A DNA stretch of 64,000 nucleotides from a bacterium (GTDB lineage: Bacteria; Patescibacteriota; Minisyncoccia; Portnoybacterales; GWB1-42-6). Shown here in pieces: positions 57,758 to 64,000 of this stretch (its first letter is position 1; each line of letters starts with the position of its first letter). The DNA is taken from positions 9,251-73,250 of the forward strand of contig JAZDMV010000008.1 in the NCBI GenBank assembly GCA_043800535.1, in the 5' to 3' direction. A program made the position numbers and the translations under genes. The notes below the pieces were generated by a model that was not told the DNA's origin, ran no database searches, and was given only the letters and a program-made list of their open reading frames with translations.

Positions 57758-58720
57758 TTATTTCACCACCGAATTGATAATGCTTTTGACCGCGTTTACG
57801 GGAATTGAAAAACTGATGTTGTTTGAGCCAACAACCGTGGCCACATTGACGCCCACAACCCTGCCCTGCAGATCAACCAGCGGGCCGCCTGAATTGCCGG
57901 GGTTAATGGCCGCGTCGGTCTGAATGACGCCTGACAATGTTTCGGTGCCACTGGCGGTGGCGGCCTGAATGGTTCGGTTAAGCCCGGAGATTATGCCGAC
58001 AGAAACCGAATTGCTGTATTCGCCAAGCGCGTTGCCAACGGCAAAGACCGTCTGGCCAAGCGCCAGCGCGCCTGAATTGCCCAGCTCCTCGCTTGCATAA
58101 CCGCTGCCCGGAATTTTAATTATGGCAATGTCGTTTGAAGGGTCCCGATACACGACCTGGGCTGTTTTCTGCGCGCCGCTGGCCAGAAGCACAGTATAAT
58201 CGGCGGCGGTATCTTCAACCACGTGGCGGTTGGTTAGAATATAACCGGTTGAACGGATTAAAAATCCTGTGCCGGCGCCGACTTTTTGCCGCTCTGTGCC
58301 GGTTTGCCGATAAACCGGCACGCGGAAGTTAAAATCCTTAAAAAACGGGTCGTTGCCGAACGGATTTTCATAGACAATTTCCAGCTTTGGCACGTCTTTG
58401 GAAATAACAATTGAAACAACCGAAGGCGAGGCTTTGGCCACGGCGGCGGTAAGCAATTCTTCCTGGGATTTTTGCTTGACTTCCTCGCGCCGCGCCAGCT
58501 CATCCTTGACCACAGAGCTTTCTTTGGCCACGTCTTCTATTCGCTGGCCAAGCGCATCAAATTGCTTATTCTGCATTTGGAGCGCGCTTACCTGATTTTC
58601 CAAACTTGCTAAACGCCCATTCTGGTAGCTCAACTTTTTATTCATAATAAAAGCAGTCGTGGCGGCGGTCAGCACGATTACCATAAAAGAGAAAGTAATG
58701 ATTTTGCCGATCTGCGACAT
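57758..58720 (-). CDS. HtrA/trypsin-like serine protease without PDZ domain
   Basis: TNRHV, DIA, QTDAAINPGNSGGPL. Confidence 0.92.
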   Translation of the reverse strand: MSQIGKIITFSFMVIVLTAATTAFIMNKKLSYQNGRLASLENQVSALQMQNKQFDALGQRIEDVAKESSVVKDELARREEVKQKSQEELLTAAVAKASPSVVSIVISKDVPKLEIVYENPFGNDPFFKDFNFRVPVYRQTGTERQKVGAGTGFLIRSTGYILTNRHVVEDTAADYTVLLASGAQKTAQVVYRDPSNDIAIIKIPGSGYASEELGNSGALALGQTVFAVGNALGEYSNSVSVGIISGLNRTIQAATASGTETLSGVIQTDAAINPGNSGGPLVDLQGRVVGVNVATVVGSNNISFSIPVNAVKSIINSVVK

Positions 58721-58759
58721 AAATGGTATCTCCCCCGTTTAACCGAAGGGGGAGATAAA

Positions 58760-58999
58760 TTATGATACGATCTGTTTGCGGCTTTGTTTCAATATCAGGG
58801 CGCTTAGAACAAACGCGGCGGTGAAAAAAATCGCGCCAAAAAAGCAGGGAGCGTAGAAGGGATTAACGAGGCCGACGGCGCATCCCGTTGTGCAGGCCCG
58901 CTTATTAAACCAGTTGACCAGCTCAATTACAAAATTGGTCCAGGCAAAAAGCGTGCCGGCCAGCAGAACAAAAAATTGGGTTAAAATAAGTTTTTTCAT
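58760..58999 (-). CDS. Small Cys-containing membrane protein
   Basis: Two TM segments, CTTGC and PCFFG; promoter 59009-59037. Confidence 0.6.
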   Translation of the reverse strand: MKKLILTQFFVLLAGTLFAWTNFVIELVNWFNKRACTTGCAVGLVNPFYAPCFFGAIFFTAAFVLSALILKQSRKQIVS

Positions 59000-59125
59000 A
59001 TTGATTATATTTTACGCAAAGCGCAAGATCATGTCAATCAAAATTTTTGTTGACAAGATAGCTTAAATATGATATCATTTTTTATTCTTTAACAACCGAA
59101 AAATCCCGAATTAAGGAGGCAAAAT

Positions 59126-59557
59126 ATGAAATCGATCATTTACGCATGCGTAGCACTCGTGCTTTATGCAACGCAAAATGTTGTTTTGGAACAGAAACTG
59201 GCAAAATGCAACACCTTTTCGTTGCTCGTTCTGCTTTATTCAGCAATGCTGCCGCTGGCGATTGCCGGATACTGGTTTTTTGCAAGGCGCCAGGGAGCCT
59301 TTCTTCCGCCAGGGAATCTTTTATGGATCACTCTTTTGGTGGGCGTGGTTTACTTCTTCGCGGATGCGTTTTTTATCAGCGCCTACACTAGCGGAGGAAA
59401 TCTGATCGCGATAGCCACGATCGCGGCTTTATTTCCGGTGTTTGCGTCTGTTGTGAAATATCTCTGGGTTGGCGGCTTGCCCAACAGATACCAGATTATT
59501 GGGTATCTATTTGCGGCAATAGCGGTCATTTTTATGGCAAAGGGGCAGACCAATTGA
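59126..59557 (+). CDS. DMT/EamA-like small membrane protein
   Basis: Five TM segments; SD AAGGAGG; promoter TTGACA-N17-TATCAT 59050-59078. Confidence 0.65.
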   Translation: MKSIIYACVALVLYATQNVVLEQKLAKCNTFSLLVLLYSAMLPLAIAGYWFFARRQGAFLPPGNLLWITLLVGVVYFFADAFFISAYTSGGNLIAIATIAALFPVFASVVKYLWVGGLPNRYQIIGYLFAAIAVIFMAKGQTN

Positions 59558-59571
59558 AAGGAGGGAAAGAG

Positions 59572-59787
59572 ATGGCACGGGTTGTCAAGAAAGAGATTGT
59601 TAAATGTCCAGGTTGTGGCAGTGAGTCGCGCTTTGCGGTTTATGACTGCGGGTGCGTAATATTTGAGAGAGGAGGTGTGCATAGGGGAGATAAGTGCCCT
59701 GGCCGGAAGAAAGATTTCTTTCAGAACCAGCAAATGCGCTGCGGGCAGAAAGGAGATTCGGAGACCCACGAGGCAAAAATGTCTTAG
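59572..59787 (+). CDS. Small Cys-rich (zinc-ribbon-like) protein
   Basis: CPGC, CGC, H...C; SD AAAGGAGG. Confidence 0.55.
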   Translation: MARVVKKEIVKCPGCGSESRFAVYDCGCVIFERGGVHRGDKCPGRKKDFFQNQQMRCGQKGDSETHEAKMS

Positions 59788-59926
59788 GTTAAAAAGTCGG
59801 GAAATAAAAAACCCATCAGGCATCATCTTGGTGGGTTTTCTTTTCTTCTTGGCAATAATAAATCTGGATTCCCGCTTTCGCGGGAATGACAGATTGGAGG
59901 GGTAATGGCAAAATATCATTGGATAT

Positions 59927-61108
59927 CTAAAACGGCTGGCGGAATTCGGTTTCGCCGAGGCGGTTAAGCGCCCTGTTTTTTTCCGAAAATGGCAATTTGG
60001 CGCGGCTGACGTATTTTTTCATTGTTTCTATTGTTTGGTCATAGGTTTTGCGGTCAACCGGATAAGGCGTGCCGTCTTTGCCGCCGTGGGCGAAGCTGTA
60101 GCGCGCCGGGTCTTCATAAGAAGGTTTCGCGCCATAAAGGACTTCAGCCACCAAAGCGAGCGCCCGGATTGTTTTTGGGCCGACGCCCTCGCGCGAAAGC
60201 AATTTTTCAAAATTTTCCGGCTTTTCATCACAAAGCCGCCAGAGAATTTTTTGCAGGTATTTGCTTCTTGAAAAATCTTCGGTCACGACCGGATGCCATT
60301 TAAATTCCTTTGTTTCAAGGTTCATAAATTTAAGGCGCTGCTGGCCGCTCATATCGGAAATTTCAAACGTCTGCGAAACGGGAGTTATATGTTTGCTTAA
60401 AATTATCAAGTCCTTCATTAACGTGTTAAACCCCTGCGAAGAAACCAGATCTTTACTTGTTTCCCGGTTTTTTGTGCTGGCGCTGGCGGTTAAGTCAAGC
60501 GTGTGGGCCAAACGTGTTTGCGAAGCGATGCCTGAATGCGGCTCGCAGACAAGGTCTTTGACGCTTTTTGAATGCCAATGATATCGCCGGGCGGTTTGGT
60601 TTTGCGTATTCATTCCCTGCTGGACAACTGTCCAGGCGCCATTGCGGGTGAAAAAGAAAGCATGGTGATAAATTGCAAAGCCATCCTGCAGGAGCGCGCT
60701 GTCAACTTTGGCCGCCATTCTGGAATTGTAGACAAGGGCGCGTGAACTTTCATTGGCCAGATTTATGCGCTCGCTCCATGTTTTTATTTCTTCCGGTGTT
60801 TTCAAAGATGTTTTGCCTTTACCGCCGCAGATAAAAATGCCAAGGTCTTTTTCGTTGTCTCTTATCGCCTCTTTTAAAGCCGCGGTCAAAATTGTCGTGA
60901 GCCCTGAAGCGTTCCAGTCAAATGCCAAAACAGTGCCGAGCGTTTGAAACCAGGCCGGGTCCGCCAGCCGGCGGATAAATTCGTCGGGCCCTTCTTCGGC
61001 GGCGATGGCAAAAATCATTTCCTTGCCCAAAGCAACCATTCGTTCAAAAAGCCATCGCGGGCATTTGCCAAAATCCAGCCCGAAAGTTGCGATGCCGCGT
61101 TGGATCAT
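59927..61108 (-). CDS. DUF763 family protein
   Basis: P.WLF.RM, DWN.SG.TT, KVDS..LQDG, ARRYHW, GVGPKT.RAL, HGGKDG.P.PV. Confidence 0.88.
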   Translation of the reverse strand: MIQRGIATFGLDFGKCPRWLFERMVALGKEMIFAIAAEEGPDEFIRRLADPAWFQTLGTVLAFDWNASGLTTILTAALKEAIRDNEKDLGIFICGGKGKTSLKTPEEIKTWSERINLANESSRALVYNSRMAAKVDSALLQDGFAIYHHAFFFTRNGAWTVVQQGMNTQNQTARRYHWHSKSVKDLVCEPHSGIASQTRLAHTLDLTASASTKNRETSKDLVSSQGFNTLMKDLIILSKHITPVSQTFEISDMSGQQRLKFMNLETKEFKWHPVVTEDFSRSKYLQKILWRLCDEKPENFEKLLSREGVGPKTIRALALVAEVLYGAKPSYEDPARYSFAHGGKDGTPYPVDRKTYDQTIETMKKYVSRAKLPFSEKNRALNRLGETEFRQPF

Positions 61109-61165
61109 AATTTTCTCTAAAATTTCAAGCCGCAAGGCGCAAAAATTTTAGCCAGAAAATATGAA

Positions 61166-61313
61166 CCCCGCATTAATTTTGCCATTTTTTACGCATTTAT
61201 TGTTAGAAATCAATAAAGTCGTTTTTTATTTTACGGCATGCGTGGCCGAATAGGCCATCCCGTTTTGGGCGAAGCGTGCCGCCTCTCGCATACCTGCAAA
61301 ATTAGTGCGTGGG
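61166..61313. mobile_element. 148-bp MITE-like cassette
   Basis: TGAA-CCCCGCATTAATTTTGC...GCAAAATTAGTGCGTGGG. Confidence 0.5.
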
Positions 61314-61454
61314 TCATACCATAGATATATTTTTTAACAAAAATAATCTTCTATATCATATCATATGTGCTAGAGACAAAACTGTCCACAAAAAGAAAAG
61401 CCCGTTTGGCAGTTTGGCTGCGGCGGGCTTGGGTATGGGTTGATCGGTGAGGAG

Positions 61455-62003
61455 TTAAATGATGGTATTGGTAAAAAGAACAGGGTAAATCACGCCTTTG
61501 ACAGAGACAACGTTAAACGAGACATTTTGGTTTACAATTTTTGCGCGAACTTTGTTCAGAAAATAGCGGATACGGCAATTTTTCGGAGCGGGCAAATTTT
61601 GATCGTTCAGCACGCAGGCGCCGTTGTTCTTGTCGTTGCGATCTACCTTTGCGCAGGTAAAGTGGTACAAACCGCTGACTTTCATGAACCGGCAAGGCGG
61701 CAACTGAATAATATATCTGCTTTGGTCGATCCAGAAAATTTTTTCCTCGCCCGCGTCTCCGCCGATGCCAGCGCCTAAAAAATCGTTCATAAATTTAGCA
61801 ATAGCTTCTTCCGGGGTCTGCGCCGCAATAACGCATGAACGCGGGCTGACGCTGGGCTGGTGCCGGAGCACAAATTTCTCTTCCAGCTGGCATAGTTCGT
61901 CATATCTGACGAGAATGCCTATGTTATCAATTACGATTGGCGCGGAATTCAGTCCTTTTCCTATTTTGACCCACCTCATGAGAATTGGAATTTGCCATAA
62001 CAT
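61455..62003 (-). CDS. Hypothetical protein
   Basis: SD AAAGGGGGTG; promoter TTGACA-N17-TAATAT 62049-62077. Confidence 0.6.
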   Translation of the reverse strand: MLWQIPILMRWVKIGKGLNSAPIVIDNIGILVRYDELCQLEEKFVLRHQPSVSPRSCVIAAQTPEEAIAKFMNDFLGAGIGGDAGEEKIFWIDQSRYIIQLPPCRFMKVSGLYHFTCAKVDRNDKNNGACVLNDQNLPAPKNCRIRYFLNKVRAKIVNQNVSFNVVSVKGVIYPVLFTNTII

Positions 62004-62140
62004 TATTCTCACCCCCTTTGATAGTATTACGAACTGTCCTTTTGGTAGATATTAGCGGACGGTTTATTTGGTGTCAATGGCGGGAATGAAAAAGCGGTTC
62101 GCGAGAATTTTTCTCGCGAACCGCTGTGAGAACAGTAGAC

Positions 62141-62854
62141 TTAAGGAGCGTAGATGCCAAAGCCCGGACTGAGAGCGCTTTTTATAGACAGACCTTTTTT
62201 ACCAGCGCAGGGGTCATTGTAAACTTCCTGGATAACAGCAAAGGCTTCCCATATTTGTGGGCCGATCTCGGTACCATCTGCAGCATACCAGGTTTGTTCG
62301 CCGTAATACGCATCTGTAGGTGGACCTTCATAGGCATCAGCCGGGGCCGCGACAATTTTTACAAAATCAAACCATGAGCACTCAATGCCAGCTTCGGTAT
62401 ACTCGCCGCTATTGTGGTTTGTGAGCCATGCACCAGAGCCGATATACGGGGAACTCCTGTCAAGCAAGCCATCGCCATCGCAATCCATATTTGACAGCCA
62501 GGCATCATTCCACTTCATCATTACGCGGTCGTGGCGATAGGGCCAGTACCATTTAGTGGCGGCAGTAGGATTCTGAGTCAGGTAGGATGCATCGTCTCCG
62601 TTATAAGGAGGCAAACCGTCTTTGCCAACGTAAGCATTTGCATACGAACCGATGAAAGAATGGGCTTGATAGTTGTAGCCGAAAACGTCATATCCGGGCG
62701 TGATCGGCTGTCCAGCCAGATAATGGCCGACAGAGTACGTAATCAATCCGTCCTTTAGGGTCGTGCAGGATGATTTTAATCCTGCAAAGGCGATTGAGGA
62801 CATCAACGACATAGCAATCAACGCAGTCAGTAGCAGAAATATCCATTTCTTCAT
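62141..62854 (-). CDS. Secreted hypothetical protein
   Basis: Signal peptide; aromatic-rich; DCDGDG Ca-loop-like motif; SD AAAGGAGG. Confidence 0.75.
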   Translation of the reverse strand: MKKWIFLLLTALIAMSLMSSIAFAGLKSSCTTLKDGLITYSVGHYLAGQPITPGYDVFGYNYQAHSFIGSYANAYVGKDGLPPYNGDDASYLTQNPTAATKWYWPYRHDRVMMKWNDAWLSNMDCDGDGLLDRSSPYIGSGAWLTNHNSGEYTEAGIECSWFDFVKIVAAPADAYEGPPTDAYYGEQTWYAADGTEIGPQIWEAFAVIQEVYNDPCAGKKGLSIKSALSPGFGIYAP

Positions 62855-62916
62855 TCTTTTCCCTCCTTTTTTGAATTTGGTCTTACGTTTAAGAAACTTT
62901 ATTCACCTCCTCTCTT

Positions 62917-63120
62917 CTAGAATGGTGGCTTGCATGGCTTGTCAGAAAAAAGGTCAACGAACGCGGCAATCAGGCCGATTAAAACGACAGCGGAAATCAC
63001 AGCCAGGACGGCGTTAGGCAGGATCTTTATGATTGCCACAAGAGCAATAAGAACTGCACCCATCTTTGCTGAAAAACGCAGGTCCCCTTTTGTGAAAACC
63101 GGTTGCGGCTTGAATGGCAT
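62917..63120 (-). CDS. Small membrane protein
   Basis: SD AAAGGGGGTG; promoter 63203-63231; two TM segments. Confidence 0.6.
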   Translation of the reverse strand: MPFKPQPVFTKGDLRFSAKMGAVLIALVAIIKILPNAVLAVISAVVLIGLIAAFVDLFSDKPCKPPF

Positions 63121-63343
63121 TTTGCACCCCCTTTAAAAGATTTTGAAAAGAACGGCTGAAATATAAAGAGTAATATGCTTTTTGTTTTACTCGCTATCTT
63201 CAATAATAAAACACTGACACGGAAATGTCAATGTTTTTGGTACAAAAATTTTCTCGCGCAAATAAACAACATTCGCCCATTTGGGCGGGATTCCTCCCCC
63301 GCGAATGCGGGGTCGGAATGACAGAACAATAGGAATCGTCCTG

Positions 63344-63610
63344 TCAGCTTTTTGGCAGGTCTTTGCGGAATTTTTTATCAATTTCGCGCAGGGCGGCTTT
63401 CATCTCTTGCTCGGATTTTTCCTCTTCTTCCGGCGTAATTTCCACCACTCCCTCTTTTTGGACAGCTTCTGTCGCCTCGCGCATTTTTTGCTGCTGTTTT
63501 GGCAGATCGCCCTGCTTCTTTGCTTTTTCAATTTCTTCGGGCGTCAAACTGAACTGGCCTTTCGTATATTTTGACAGATCCGGCTTTTCTATATTTGGTT
63601 GTTCGTGCAT
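63344..63610 (-). CDS. Small charged hypothetical protein
   Basis: 88-aa Glu/Lys-rich ORF. Confidence 0.5.
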   Translation of the reverse strand: MHEQPNIEKPDLSKYTKGQFSLTPEEIEKAKKQGDLPKQQQKMREATEAVQKEGVVEITPEEEEKSEQEMKAALREIDKKFRKDLPKS

Positions 63611-63702
63611 AAGTTTGGCCTAAAATAGCCTTCGACTCCGCCCCTCGCCAAGCTCGGGGCTTCGCTCAGGCAATAATAACGCTGGCCTTATTATATCATT
63701 AA

Positions 63703-63999
63703 TTATTCAAACTTTACAACAACGATCTCCGGCGCGGCGCCCACGCGCAGAGGCGGGCCCCAGGTGCCTGTGCCGGAAGAAGTATAAACAAACATGTCCC
63801 CTGTTTTATTCAAGCCGTAATCAAAACCCTTATAGACAAAATGCGTGATAATGCTGTTTGGGAATATCTGGCCTTGATGAGAATGGCCGGAAATTTGGAG
63901 TGATACGCCCGCATTCTTGGCAATATCAATGTCAAAAGGAGAATGTTTAAGAAGGATGCTGGGTTTTGTCGCGTCTATATTTAGCGATTGCAGAATTTG
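63703..63999 (-). CDS. Metallophosphoesterase (YkuE/YaeI-like), C-terminal part; runs off the window
   Basis: Hand translation: ILLKHSP, ISGHSHQGQ, TSSGTGTWGPPLRVG..PEI. Confidence 0.88.
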   Translation of the reverse strand, partial: QILQSLNIDATKPSILLKHSPFDIDIAKNAGVSLQISGHSHQGQIFPNSIITHFVYKGFDYGLNKTGDMFVYTSSGTGTWGPPLRVGAAPEIVVVKFE

Positions 64000-64000
64000 C

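Overview
Bacterial chromosomal window, most likely Patescibacteria/CPR (Parcubacteria-like). This is an inference from the gene mix (TagA plus LCP plus O-antigen-ligase cluster, pilins, DUF5667/DUF5666, PDZ-less HtrA, DUF763) and from housekeeping genes that mostly lack Shine-Dalgarno sites. It carries housekeeping genes (fmt, priA, thpR, rplI, pyrG, rpmA, gltX, murG-ftsW-murD / mraY, ychF), a cell-envelope glycosylation cluster, tRNA-Ala(TGC) and tRNA-Ile(GAT), and many short palindromic and heptamer repeats, several inserted in frame inside proteins. No CRISPR array, rRNA, intact transposase or intact integrase was seen. Main highlights: (1) a 1.7-kb nearly non-coding island splitting mraY from murD, holding a promoter-to-terminator unit of about 430 nt that folds extensively and matches no RNA class I recognise, a second structured RNA of about 240 nt, and a 50-aa membrane peptide; (2) an ECF sigma / anti-sigma / secreted-protein module with two matching GTAAC-N16-CGTAT promoters; (3) MITE-like cassettes, four of them about 100 bp, with CCCC/GGGG ends and TAAA-type flanks; (4) nested tRNA-Ala remnants beside a pilin islet; (5) a P1B-ATPase with TCADD in place of CPC; (6) an amidase-SpoIID fusion. 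All calls were made by eye; no database searches or folding programs were run.
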